Counted from the stretch's first letter, positions 38,499 to 48,196 are shown. The stretch: 64,000 nucleotides of DNA from an uncultured Gammaproteobacteria bacterium (GCA_964600845.1 CAZRJW010000002.1:9910-73909); one strand, 5' to 3'. Numbers and translations: made by a program. Notes: generated by a model not told the origin, from the sequence alone.

Positions 38499-38861
38499 AT
38501 GAAGATCTCCCTAGCAAACCAACAAAAGGCGCGTCGTATCGCACGTGTTCGCGCGACCATTTCCGGAACAGCTGAGCGTCCACGTCTCGCTGTCTTCCGC
38601 AGCCTCGCGCATATTTCTGCGCAGGTGATTGATGATACTTCCGGCAAAACTCTTGCCGCTGTCCGTGATGTCGAATTGTCCGAAGCAGAACGCAAAGGCA
38701 AGAAGAAGCTTGAAATTGCGAAGGCTGTCGGAATGCTTCTCGGAACGCGTGCCATGGAAAAGGGTGTGAAAGCGGTCGTCTTCGATCGTCGCGATAAGAA
38801 ATACCACGGTCGTGTTCGTGCTCTCGCTGAGGGCGCGCGCGAAGCGGGTCTCACATTTTAA
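38499..38861 (+). CDS. rplR: 50S ribosomal protein L18
   Basis: RPRLAVFRSLAHISAQVIDD...YHGRVRALAEGAREAGL. Confidence 0.95.
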   Translation: MKISLANQQKARRIARVRATISGTAERPRLAVFRSLAHISAQVIDDTSGKTLAAVRDVELSEAERKGKKKLEIAKAVGMLLGTRAMEKGVKAVVFDRRDKKYHGRVRALAEGAREAGLTF

Positions 38862-38864
38862 TCT

Positions 38865-39674
38865 ATGATGAACGAAGAACAGCAACCAACCTCCGCGCCA
38901 GAGGCGCCAGAAGCAGCAGCTGCTCCAGCTGCTGAAAACACAGCCGCTCCAGCGGCAGCGGCGGCAACGCCAGCTGCAGCTCCTGCGTCTGCTTCGGCTG
39001 CAGCACGTCCATATGGTGGAGGTGCCCGTGGTCCAGGCGGTGGCTTCCGTGGCGGAAGCCGCGGTCCAAGCGGAGGTGCTCGTGGCGGCCAGGGTGGTCG
39101 CGGCGGTGCTGCCGGTGGTCGTGGAGGTCGAGGTCCAGGCGGCCCAGGTGGTCGCGGTGGACGTCGCGATGGTCAGTCTGGAGATGTTCCAGCCGAAGCC
39201 GACTACGACGAAAAGAACTTGGAAGTCTCACGTGTTACACGTGTGACCCAGGGTGGAAAGCGCATGCGCTTCCGCGTGTTGAGCGTGATCGGAAACCGCA
39301 AGGGACGTGTTGGATATGGCTTGGCAAAAGGATTGGATGTCGCAGCTGCTTCCACCAAGGCCGCAACCAAAGCACGCAAAGCCCTTCTGACAGTTCCACT
39401 CATCAACGAAACAATTCCTCACATGGTGCGTGCAAAGGCGGGTGCCGCTGTCGTCTTGTTGAAGCCAGCGCCAAAAGGAGCTGGAATCAAAGCCGGTGGT
39501 GCAACGCGTGCCGTACTTGAAATCGCTGGTGTACCAAACGTTGTTTCGAAGCTCCTCGGATCTTCCAACAAGGTGAACGTCGTGCGCGCAACTTTTGCCG
39601 CCCTGCGCATGCTCCGCATGCCAATCAGCAAGACGGACGATAAACAGCCTAAGGAAGACGCTCCAAAGGCCTAA
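38865..39674 (+). CDS. rpsE: 30S ribosomal protein S5 with ~105-aa Ala-rich plus RGG-repeat N-terminal extension
   Basis: Core VSRVTRVTQGGKRMRFRVLSVIGNRKGRVGYGLAK..., preceded by AAAPAAENTAAPAAAAATPAAAP...GGARGPGGGFRGGSRGPSGGARGGQGGRGGAAGGRGGRGPGGPGGRGGRRDG. Confidence 0.93.
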   Translation: MMNEEQQPTSAPEAPEAAAAPAAENTAAPAAAAATPAAAPASASAAARPYGGGARGPGGGFRGGSRGPSGGARGGQGGRGGAAGGRGGRGPGGPGGRGGRRDGQSGDVPAEADYDEKNLEVSRVTRVTQGGKRMRFRVLSVIGNRKGRVGYGLAKGLDVAAASTKAATKARKALLTVPLINETIPHMVRAKAGAAVVLLKPAPKGAGIKAGGATRAVLEIAGVPNVVSKLLGSSNKVNVVRATFAALRMLRMPISKTDDKQPKEDAPKA

Positions 39675-39685
39675 TCTCACCTGCT

Positions 39686-40153
39686 ATGTCATTAAGTCTT
39701 CACACAATTGCCCCGAACGTAGGCTCACATGAGCGCTCGTTCCGTATCGGTCGTGGTCACGGCTCCGGTCGTGGCAAAACGGCAGGTAAGGGAACAAAGG
39801 GTCAGAAGTCCCGTTCCGGTGGAAAGGGTGGCTTGAAAATGCACGGCATGAAGCAGATGCTTCTCTCCTTCCCAAAGGTCCGTGGGTTTAAGAGCTTTGC
39901 GTCGAAGTTGGTCTCGATTCCTGTTCAGCGCTTGGATGTATTTCCAGAAGGAACGACGATTGACTTGAAAGCCATGCATGCAGCCGGTCTCTTGCATCGC
40001 GGAGAACATACCGTCAAAATTATTGGGGGAACAGCTCCAACGCACAAACTGACAGTTGTCGGCTTGCGTATGACTGCTTCTGCGAAGGAATTGATCGAGA
40101 AAGCTGGTGGATCGGTCGTTGCTGGTGACAGAAAGAAAAAGAAGACTGCCTAA
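39686..40153 (+). CDS. rplO: 50S ribosomal protein L15
   Basis: RIGRGHGSGRGKTAGKGTKGQKSRSG. Follows rpsE after 11 nt, so there is no rpmD/L30. Confidence 0.95.
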   Translation: MSLSLHTIAPNVGSHERSFRIGRGHGSGRGKTAGKGTKGQKSRSGGKGGLKMHGMKQMLLSFPKVRGFKSFASKLVSIPVQRLDVFPEGTTIDLKAMHAAGLLHRGEHTVKIIGGTAPTHKLTVVGLRMTASAKELIEKAGGSVVAGDRKKKKTA

Positions 40154-40192
40154 TTCCGTGTCTTTCCCTCGAAGCTGAGGGAAGATTCCTCT

Positions 40193-41470
40193 ATGTGGGA
40201 CAAACTCCTTCGTGCGTGGCAGGTCAAAGAGGTTCGACATGGGTTGCTGTTCGTGATCGCCATGATGGTGATCTTCCGAGTAGTCGCTCATATTCCGTTG
40301 CCTGGTGTTGATCTTGCAGCGCTCCAACAGTTTTTTGACGCGAACCAAGTCTTGGGTGTCTTGAACTTGTTCTCAGGTGGAACGATCCGAACATTCAGCA
40401 TTGTGGCGTTGGGTGTCGCTCCATACATCACCGCTTCGATTATCTTGCAGCTCTTGGCAGTCATCATCCCTCGTTTGGAAGAGATCCAGAAAGAAGGAGA
40501 AAGCGGCCAGCGTAAGATCAATCAGTGGACACGTCTTCTGACGGTTCCGCTTGCGCTGATTCAAGGAGTAGGGCTTCTGACGCTTATGCGTCAGTCGCAG
40601 GTGCCTATCTTGACCAGAACGGATCCGGTTCACATCGCTGCCATCTTGATCGCCGTCACAGCAGGAACCTTGTTCCTCATGTGGATTGGCGAATTGATCA
40701 GCGAAAAGAAAGTCGGAAATGGTGTTTCCTTGTTGATCTTCGCGGGTATTTTGGCGGATCTTCCAAGTTCGCTTGGACAGTTCATCACAACCTTCGATTC
40801 GTCACAGTGGATCATCGTCTTCATCTACGCAGCGATTGCGATTTTGATGGTTGCGGGTGTAGTCTTCGTTACAGAAGGTCAGCGCAACATTCCAATCCAA
40901 CACGCGCGCAGTGTTCGTGGGCAGGCTGGGTCAACAGGTGGAGTAGCCTCGAGCTTGCCACTTCGTGTGAATATGGTGGGTGTGATGCCGATTATCTTCG
41001 GTATTTCATTCCTCACGTTCCCAACCATGTTGGCGCAGCTCTTCGCTCAGGCGAATAATCCAAGTCTGCGCAGTGCAGCTGCCTGGATCCTGACGACGAT
41101 GCAAAACCAAACGATCTACGCCATTCTGTACCTCGCGCTGGTTGTCGGCTTTACCTATTTCTACACGGCGGTTGTGTTCCATCCAGAACGGGTGGCAGAG
41201 AATCTCCAGAAACAAGGAGCCTTCATCCCGGGTATCCGCCCAGGCCCTCCAACGGCCAGCTACTTGGAAGGAATCGTTGGTCGCATGACATTAGCCGGAG
41301 CCATCTTCTTGGGTCTTATCGCGGTGCTGCCAATTGTCGCTCAAGGGCTGACAGGGACGCAGACATTGGCGATTGGAGGAACCTCTATGTTGATCGTCGT
41401 GTCGGTTGTGATCGAATCTGTGAAACAGATTCAGTCACAGTCAACGATGCGCGAATACGATACGTACTAA
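40193..41470 (+). CDS. secY: preprotein translocase subunit SecY
   Basis: 10-TM protein; ...LNLFSGGTIRTFSIVALGVAPYITASII... Confidence 0.97.
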   Translation: MWDKLLRAWQVKEVRHGLLFVIAMMVIFRVVAHIPLPGVDLAALQQFFDANQVLGVLNLFSGGTIRTFSIVALGVAPYITASIILQLLAVIIPRLEEIQKEGESGQRKINQWTRLLTVPLALIQGVGLLTLMRQSQVPILTRTDPVHIAAILIAVTAGTLFLMWIGELISEKKVGNGVSLLIFAGILADLPSSLGQFITTFDSSQWIIVFIYAAIAILMVAGVVFVTEGQRNIPIQHARSVRGQAGSTGGVASSLPLRVNMVGVMPIIFGISFLTFPTMLAQLFAQANNPSLRSAAAWILTTMQNQTIYAILYLALVVGFTYFYTAVVFHPERVAENLQKQGAFIPGIRPGPPTASYLEGIVGRMTLAGAIFLGLIAVLPIVAQGLTGTQTLAIGGTSMLIVVSVVIESVKQIQSQSTMREYDTY

Positions 41471-41491
41471 TCGAAAAAAGACATACACGGT

Positions 41492-41525
41492 ACACAATGA
41501 GAACCCACCAGGGTTCTCATTGTGT
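41492..41525 (+). terminator. hairpin after secY
   Basis: acacaatgagaaccc-acca-gggttctcattgtgt (15-bp perfect stem); weak T-run. Confidence 0.5.
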
Positions 41526-41551
41526 ATTCTGACATGGTAGGCTTCCTGTAT

Positions 41552-41908
41552 ATGACCCCTCAATACACCGATGCCACTCAATTTCTTGGGAAGAGCGTTA
41601 CGGTTCTTATTGATCGCCCTCTCGGAACCAAGCACCCGAAATATGGGTATAAATACCCCATTAATTACGGCTTTATAGAGGGAACAATTTCTCCCGATGG
41701 CCGTGAGTTAGATGCCTATGTTCTCGGGGTAGATGAGCCGGTAGGGGACTTTACCGGACATTGCATTGCCTTTATCCGCCGAATTAATGCTCCGGATGAT
41801 AAGCTGATCATTGTTCCTGAAGGAAAAACCTTTTCTCAGGAGGAAATTCGTGAAGCGACACACTTCCAAGAGCAGTTTTTTCAGACGGAAATCATCTTCC
41901 CATCGTAG
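41552..41908 (+). CDS. short inorganic-pyrophosphatase-family protein
   Basis: INYGFIEGTISPDGRELDAYVLG resembles the family I PPase DG(D/E)xxD core in ~120-aa short homologues (from memory). Start ATG 41552, preceded by cttcctgtat. Confidence 0.5.
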   Translation: MTPQYTDATQFLGKSVTVLIDRPLGTKHPKYGYKYPINYGFIEGTISPDGRELDAYVLGVDEPVGDFTGHCIAFIRRINAPDDKLIIVPEGKTFSQEEIREATHFQEQFFQTEIIFPS

Positions 41909-41992
41909 GAAGGTTGGCCTTTCTCCTGTTTCCAGAAAGCTTCAGACAGGAAGGTTGTCGGATGGGCTCATTTTGGCTATTCTTACGGGTAT

Positions 41993-43405
41993 ATGCAACG
42001 TGAAGATGGACATCTGTTCAAGCTCCTGCCGCCGCCAGCCCATCTGCCACAATACACCGACTCTGCGCTGAAGAGCGTGTCGTATTTTGGTCACACGAAC
42101 TTCGTCAGCGGACTCTATCGATCGCGGACGGTTTTTGGGATTAAGCGAACAGATCGTCGTCGTCACATCTACTTGATTGGGAAGAGCGGTATGGGGAAGA
42201 CGCGCCTGCTCGAGCAGTTGATTCGGTATGATATTGCTGCGAATGAGGGAGTAGGTGTCATCGATCCGCACGGAGACTTAGCTCGGACGCTTTTGGATTT
42301 TATTCCGAAATCGCGTATTCAAGATGTGGTTTACGTGGACCCAGCGGACGCTGAGCATCCAATTGCGTTTAACCCGTTTGCGCGTGTCGATGCGACCCAG
42401 CGTCAAAATGTAGCACAAGGACTGGTAGAAATTTTCAAGAAACAATTTACGAGCAGCTGGTCGCCGCGCATGGAGCACTTGTTCCGTTTTGCGACCTTGG
42501 CGATTTTAGAACACCCAGAAGGGACGTTGTATGAATTATTACGGTTGCTGACGGATGCACAGGCGCGTCAACAAACAATTTCGCATTTGACGGACGATAT
42601 TGTGAAGCGGTTCTTTGCGGTTGAGTTTGCGAGCTTTAGTCAGAAGTATGACCACGAAGCGATTACGCCGCTTACGAACCGGTTAGGGCAGTTTTTTGCT
42701 GATCCATTGCTGCGATCCATTTTTACGAAGAAAGAAAATAAGATCGATATTGAATCGATCATGAATGAAGGGAAGATTCTCATTGTGAACGCGTCGAAGG
42801 GGTTATTGGGTGAGGATAATAGCGCCCTCTTGGGAGCGTTTTTCCTGACAAAGATTAACCAGGTCGCGATGGCGCGTTCACGTGTTGATGAAGATGAGCG
42901 CCGAGAGTTCTATCTTTACGTGGATGAATTCCAGAATGCCGCGACACAATCGTTTTCTTCATTGTTTTCGGAATCACGTAAATACGCGGTGAATATCACG
43001 ATCGCAAACCAGTATCTTGGGCAGATTCCTCCTTCGCTGCTTGAAGCGATCTTTGGAAACGTGTCGACCTTGATCGCGTTCCGATTGGGAGGAGGGGACG
43101 CCGATCGGATTGCAAAAGAGTTTATGCCCCTCGTTGAGCCGCATGACCTCATTAACTTAGGTGCACGCGACTTTTATATTAAAATGTCGGTTGATGGGCA
43201 AACGACGGCGCCTTTTTCAGCACGAACGTTGGATGTCGTGCCAGCCAAGCAATCGTATGCAGACGCGGTGATTCAATTATCACGTACTCAGTACAGCGCT
43301 ACACGTACAAAAGAGATGCCCGCGATCATATCTTCGCCGTTTATCTCCTCGATTGAAACGGAAGAGATGTCGGCAGAGGAGCTCCTCCCTCCGCCGGTTG
43401 TGTAG
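41993..43405 (+). CDS. VirD4/TraD-like (coupling-protein-type) P-loop NTPase
   Basis: Walker A IGKSGMGKT; Walker B FYLYVDEFQN; NITIANQYLGQ. No N-terminal TM helix. Confidence 0.6.
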   Translation: MQREDGHLFKLLPPPAHLPQYTDSALKSVSYFGHTNFVSGLYRSRTVFGIKRTDRRRHIYLIGKSGMGKTRLLEQLIRYDIAANEGVGVIDPHGDLARTLLDFIPKSRIQDVVYVDPADAEHPIAFNPFARVDATQRQNVAQGLVEIFKKQFTSSWSPRMEHLFRFATLAILEHPEGTLYELLRLLTDAQARQQTISHLTDDIVKRFFAVEFASFSQKYDHEAITPLTNRLGQFFADPLLRSIFTKKENKIDIESIMNEGKILIVNASKGLLGEDNSALLGAFFLTKINQVAMARSRVDEDERREFYLYVDEFQNAATQSFSSLFSESRKYAVNITIANQYLGQIPPSLLEAIFGNVSTLIAFRLGGGDADRIAKEFMPLVEPHDLINLGARDFYIKMSVDGQTTAPFSARTLDVVPAKQSYADAVIQLSRTQYSATRTKEMPAIISSPFISSIETEEMSAEELLPPPVV

Positions 43406-43413
43406 CTGTCAGT

Positions 43414-44085
43414 ATGCCACGCAAGCGTGTTCGGGCCGTGTTATTCGGTCCCCAAGGAGCGGGAAAGACGACTCAGGCACAGTTATTGTCTGAGTGGTTT
43501 GGAGCAGCGTCCTTGAGCTCTGGACAGCTCTTGCGCGGAGAGATGGAAGAAGGAACGCCGCTCGGGCAATTGGTAAAGCGCTATGTCGAGCATGGGGTGT
43601 TGGCTCCGGACGAGGTGGTGAATGCTATTTTGCGGAAACGGTTAATGTTAGAGGCGGAATCAAAACAGGGGTTTTTCTTAGACGGATTTCCTCGAAACGT
43701 AGAACAAGCGGGGGACTTGGATAAGTATGTAAAGATTAATCTCGCGATTCATTTGAAGGTCTCGGATGCGGTGGCCGAATCTCGTATGTTGGGACGGCTC
43801 TTCTGCGAATCCTGTCAGGCGGTTTATCATGAAAAGTACGTTCCTGTTTTGAAGGCGGGGATCTGTACGATCTGTGGAGGCTCTGTAAAACGACGTCCAG
43901 ATGATGCAGATGACGGCTCGGTCCGTGACCGACTGCTCGCGTATCACTTTATGACCGAACCACTTGTGACCTATTACCGGCAGCAAGGAGTGCTTCTTTC
44001 GGTGAACGCTGACCAACCGATCCCTTTCTTGTTCCAGGAGCTCGTAAAGAAACTCACCAAGCTAGGATTTGTGCCGGGGCAATAA
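43414..44085 (+). CDS. adk: adenylate kinase (zinc-lid type)
   Basis: LFGPQGAGKTTQAQ; lid CESCQAVY...CTICGG. Confidence 0.93.
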   Translation: MPRKRVRAVLFGPQGAGKTTQAQLLSEWFGAASLSSGQLLRGEMEEGTPLGQLVKRYVEHGVLAPDEVVNAILRKRLMLEAESKQGFFLDGFPRNVEQAGDLDKYVKINLAIHLKVSDAVAESRMLGRLFCESCQAVYHEKYVPVLKAGICTICGGSVKRRPDDADDGSVRDRLLAYHFMTEPLVTYYRQQGVLLSVNADQPIPFLFQELVKKLTKLGFVPGQ

Positions 44086-44105
44086 TTCCAGTACACTCGC
44101 TCTCC

Positions 44106-44885
44106 ATGTCACTTATCAAAAATCCCCAAGAAATTGAGAAATTAAAGGCCGGAGGAATCATCCTCTCGGCGATTTTGCGTGAGTTGAAAGCGCTGTGTGT
44201 CGCTGGTGTTGAAACAGCCGAATTAGATGCGCTGGCGCAGAAGCGCATGGCGGAACATGGAGGACGACCCTCCTTCATGGGCTATACGGCTGCACGCGAG
44301 GCGCCTCCGTTTCCGGGAGCTGTTTGTATTTCAATCAATGAGGAAGTCGTGCATGGCTTACCGACGCCTTCACGCACGGTGAAGGAAGGCGATATTGTCG
44401 GCCTTGATATTGGGATGTGGTATGAGGGACTTGCGACCGATATGGCAACGACGGTGATCGTCGGAACGATTCCGGATGCGGTACGGACGTTGGTCGCAGA
44501 AACGCGCGCATCACTCGAAGTGGCACTGACCCAAGTGAAAGCAGGAAAGTGGATTCATGATATTGGAAATGCGATTGATGATTACCTCACACCCAAAGGC
44601 TACGGCATTGTGCGTGATCTCGTGGGGCATGGCGTTGGACATGCGATTCATGAAGATCCGCAGATTCCGCACTTCCGCGATCGCTATGCGCCCCGTGTAA
44701 AAATGCAGGAGGGGATGGTACTCGCGATCGAACCGATGGTGACGCTTGGAACATGGAAGGTGCGCGTGAAGCGAGACGGATGGACGATCGTTACCGCTGA
44801 TGGAAAACCAGCCGCGCATTTCGAGTTGTCTGTCGTTGTCACGAAGACGGGGTACGAGCTCGTCACTCCTTGGCCCGACGTTTAA
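44106..44885 (+). CDS. map: type I methionine aminopeptidase
   Basis: VVHGLP...DIVGLDIG...GHGVGHAIHEDP...LAIEPM. Confidence 0.95.
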   Translation: MSLIKNPQEIEKLKAGGIILSAILRELKALCVAGVETAELDALAQKRMAEHGGRPSFMGYTAAREAPPFPGAVCISINEEVVHGLPTPSRTVKEGDIVGLDIGMWYEGLATDMATTVIVGTIPDAVRTLVAETRASLEVALTQVKAGKWIHDIGNAIDDYLTPKGYGIVRDLVGHGVGHAIHEDPQIPHFRDRYAPRVKMQEGMVLAIEPMVTLGTWKVRVKRDGWTIVTADGKPAAHFELSVVVTKTGYELVTPWPDV

Positions 44886-44906
44886 ACACAGGACCGAAGC
44901 CTCTCT

Positions 44907-45731
44907 ATGCCAGAGCTTCCAGAAGTAGAAACTATTCGTCGCCAACTTGATCGGCGCCTGCGTGGGTCGACCTTAAAAAAGATTGAATTATTCCGCACAG
45001 GACGTGAACGTCCTACAGGGAAAACGTTTATTGATGCGCTCACCGGTCAAACGATTCACTCTATTGATCGCCGCGCGAAGCTTCTCATTTGGCGGCTTAA
45101 GAACGATCAAGCGGTCCTCGCACATTTAAAGATGACGGGGAAGTTTCTGTTTGTAGATCAGGGGTATGAGATAACCAAACATGATGCAATTCGGTTCACG
45201 TGTGAGGACGCGCAAGGAAAAGAGTTTTTTCTTGTTTGGAACGATGTGCGGAAGTTTGGGTTTATGGAGCTCGTATCAGCGGAGGGACTAAAAGCAAAGC
45301 TTGAAGCGTATGGTCCAGAACCACTCGAGGCTACGGCGCAAACATTAGCCGACTGTTTACGAACGCCAAAAACGCGCCTCTTGAAAGCGGCACTCCTTAA
45401 CCAGGGGTGCATTGCCGGGATTGGAAATATCTATGCTGATGAAGCGTGTCATCGCGTTGGAATTCATCCGCGTCGCACGCTGGGAGCGTTATCTGATGCG
45501 GAACGACTACGTTTAGCGGAGGCGATTCAGACGGTTCTCTCAGAATCGCTCGACCAACGCGGAACAAGCGCGCATACCTATCAGGATACTTCCGGCTCAA
45601 AAGGAGGATTCCTGTCGTTTCTTCGAGTCTATGGTCGAGAAGGGGAGCCCTGCCGTACCTGCGGTACGTCGATTCAAAAATTTCGCTTAGTTCAGCGAGG
45701 AACTCATATCTGTCCTAAGTGTCAGTCTTAG
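44907..45731 (+). CDS. mutM: formamidopyrimidine-DNA glycosylase
   Basis: MPELPEVETIRR. C-terminal zinc finger CRTCGTSIQKFRLVQRGTHICPKCQ. Confidence 0.93.
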   Translation: MPELPEVETIRRQLDRRLRGSTLKKIELFRTGRERPTGKTFIDALTGQTIHSIDRRAKLLIWRLKNDQAVLAHLKMTGKFLFVDQGYEITKHDAIRFTCEDAQGKEFFLVWNDVRKFGFMELVSAEGLKAKLEAYGPEPLEATAQTLADCLRTPKTRLLKAALLNQGCIAGIGNIYADEACHRVGIHPRRTLGALSDAERLRLAEAIQTVLSESLDQRGTSAHTYQDTSGSKGGFLSFLRVYGREGEPCRTCGTSIQKFRLVQRGTHICPKCQS

Positions 45732-45773
45732 ACAGATCAAAAAAAGACGCTGAGCTGCTATACTCGATTAGCT

Positions 45774-46715
45774 ATGCTCGGTCGTACTCTCGTCCCTCTT
45801 TTTTCTGCACTTATCCTTCTAGGATCTGTGCAAGCTGTATCAGCTGCCTTGTATGATGCTTCTATTAGCTCAGGTGATATTTCCTTTTCGCCGGAAGAAT
45901 TGATTTTGGGGGATGCGACCCGTATTTACGCTACGATTTCAAATGCAGGCGACCGAGATGTCGAAGGCACGGTTCGTTTTTATGATAATGATACCTTGAT
46001 TGGCGCGAAGCCTTTTTCTATTCGTGCGAATCTTCGGCCGGAAGACGCTTGGGTGCGTTGGTCACCGCAGGTATACGGATCTCATACCATTCGAGTGGTG
46101 GTGGATAATGATCCAGCATTTACAGACGGAACTCCTGGGAATAATACGGTAACCGTGACGGCTTTTGTCGACCGAGACACCGATCGGGATGGGGTTCCGG
46201 ATCAGCAAGATGAAGATCGAGATAATGACACGATCTTGAATCGTGATGAGGTCACACGTGGAACGGATCCCTTTAATCGAGACACGGATGGGGATGGCGT
46301 GGATGATGCGAAGGATGTCTTTCCGCTGGATTCAAGACGATCTGTGACACCGCCCCCAGTCCCGACATCAACGGCAAGGGTGGTGGCGCCTGTTCCCACG
46401 CGTCCTCGTGTTGCCGCACCTACCCCAACGGTTACTCAGGCACCTACGGTACGGAATGTGGTGCCTGCACCGAGTTCGTTAACGATGCCTGCCACAAGCT
46501 CACCTCTGATCCTTGAACCAACCTCTACTGTGGTGATGGTTGAGGTTACATCGACGCCCGCGCTCCCCGTGATGGAGCCAGTCGCGCCTCTTGCCGTTTC
46601 TTCGACGTCAGTACGCCCTGCACCATCAAATCCCTGGAATGCTATTTTAGCTGCAGCAGCTGTTCTTTCTGCTGGTGCGGCGGGGATGTTTGTCTGGCTT
46701 GGCCGCAGGTCCTAG
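45774..46715 (+). CDS. secreted protein: CARDB-like domain, thrombospondin-type-3 Ca-binding repeats, PT-rich stalk, C-terminal TM anchor
   Basis: Signal peptide. DRDTDRDGVPDQQDEDRDNDTILNRDEVTRGTDPFNRDTDGDGVDDAKD. Terminal ILAAAAVLSAGAAGMFVWLGRR. Confidence 0.6.
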   Translation: MLGRTLVPLFSALILLGSVQAVSAALYDASISSGDISFSPEELILGDATRIYATISNAGDRDVEGTVRFYDNDTLIGAKPFSIRANLRPEDAWVRWSPQVYGSHTIRVVVDNDPAFTDGTPGNNTVTVTAFVDRDTDRDGVPDQQDEDRDNDTILNRDEVTRGTDPFNRDTDGDGVDDAKDVFPLDSRRSVTPPPVPTSTARVVAPVPTRPRVAAPTPTVTQAPTVRNVVPAPSSLTMPATSSPLILEPTSTVVMVEVTSTPALPVMEPVAPLAVSSTSVRPAPSNPWNAILAAAAVLSAGAAGMFVWLGRRS

Positions 46716-46720
46716 CTGCT

Positions 46721-47548
46721 ATGGATCGATCTTTGGGCCGCCTGCTTGTGTTAGCGTCATGCGTTGTATTGTTTGGTATTGGTTGTGAAAAGCTGGTCCC
46801 AGCTACCTTACCAGTTGTGTCACAGCGCTCTGCGACAACGACGACGAGTACAGCTCCGAGCGCTGTGATTGGCTGGAGCGCGCGTGGGCCGGGTGTTGAT
46901 CGAACTGCTTTTCGCTTTTCAACTTCAACAGCCAGTGAGGTTGTTCTCTATCGTTTCTCCCGTACGAAGCATACCTTTGGTTTTCGTCATTCAACCTCAA
47001 GTGCCGCTGTCTCTGAATGGATGGGTCGGGAGACGGGGGCAGTGTTTGCTGTGAATGGCGTATATTTTCATGAAGACGAACTTCCAAGCGGATGGTTTCG
47101 AGCCGAAGGAAAGGTCATAGGGACACGCTCGTTCGATGCAGACAAGAGCGCGCTCCTTGTCTTGGAGCCAAATCCAACGATTCTCGTAAACGCCTCAGAG
47201 CAAAAAGCGGCGAAGCAAAAAGCTCGGGACGCGGCCCAAAGTTTCCCCCTTCTCATTTCAGGCGGAGTCGCGGCGGTTAAAGAAGACTCGGGAAAGGTCG
47301 CGCGTCGGACCTTCGTGGGGACGGATAAAACGCAAGAATATCTCTATGTTGGGATTGTTCCGTACACGGGCATCTCTTTGTATGAACTAAGTCAGGCGCT
47401 GACACGTCTTCCTGTCCGCTGGGAAGCGGTCTTGAACTTGGATGGGGGGCCTTCGTCGGGTATAGTTTTCAGGGCGCCAGACCAGTCGGAAACGATCGAT
47501 AGTTATGTGACCGTTCCGAACGTTCTGGTCATCCATCCAAAAAACTAG
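46721..47548 (+). CDS. phosphodiester glycosidase (DUF2233)-like lipoprotein
   Basis: Lipobox LFGIGC. LNLDGGPSSG motif near the C-terminus. Confidence 0.5.
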   Translation: MDRSLGRLLVLASCVVLFGIGCEKLVPATLPVVSQRSATTTTSTAPSAVIGWSARGPGVDRTAFRFSTSTASEVVLYRFSRTKHTFGFRHSTSSAAVSEWMGRETGAVFAVNGVYFHEDELPSGWFRAEGKVIGTRSFDADKSALLVLEPNPTILVNASEQKAAKQKARDAAQSFPLLISGGVAAVKEDSGKVARRTFVGTDKTQEYLYVGIVPYTGISLYELSQALTRLPVRWEAVLNLDGGPSSGIVFRAPDQSETIDSYVTVPNVLVIHPKN

Positions 47549-47551
47549 CGC

Positions 47552-48196
47552 ATGTTTTCTACGCTGACACACCATCTGTTGGCTCTGAGTCAACAAGTTC
47601 CGTTGCCCGTTTTTACAGCGGTCGGCTCTTTTATTGAAGAAGTTATTTCGCCCCTCCCGAGTCAGGCGATCATGGTCTTTGGCGGATCATTGGCGCGAGC
47701 AGCGCGAACGGGTCAGGTTATGCTGGCATTTATGGCCGTGACGGGCGCGATTGGAAAAACGCTGGGTTCGCTCCTCTACTATGTGTTCGCGGATAAGATC
47801 GAAGACATCATCGTGCCCCGCTACGGAAAATACGTTGGGATCAGCCATGAGCAACTTGAACAGGTGGGAAAGAAATTAGGTCGGGGATGGGGGGATGATG
47901 TCGCGTTGTTTCTTCTCCGTCTTATTCCGGCTGTTCCGAGTAGCCCGGTTTCGGTGGCGTGTGGGTTGATCAAGATTGATCTCCGAACATTTATCGTAAC
48001 CGCACTTCTCGGGTCTTTCTTCCGCAACTGGATGTATCTCTTGATTGGATTTTATGGATGGGAAGCGTACCATCGCTTTCTGCGGCCTTTTTTGCCGTAC
48101 CAACGATACGCTATTCCCGCTCTGTTGCTCGGCTGTATGGGGCTCGCGATCTGGGGATACCGTTACTGGCAACGAAAGAAGCGATTGTCGGTTTAG
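47552..48196 (+). CDS. DedA/VTT-domain membrane protein
   Basis: FIEEVISPLPSQAIMVFGG and multi-TM topology. Confidence 0.65.
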   Translation: MFSTLTHHLLALSQQVPLPVFTAVGSFIEEVISPLPSQAIMVFGGSLARAARTGQVMLAFMAVTGAIGKTLGSLLYYVFADKIEDIIVPRYGKYVGISHEQLEQVGKKLGRGWGDDVALFLLRLIPAVPSSPVSVACGLIKIDLRTFIVTALLGSFFRNWMYLLIGFYGWEAYHRFLRPFLPYQRYAIPALLLGCMGLAIWGYRYWQRKKRLSV

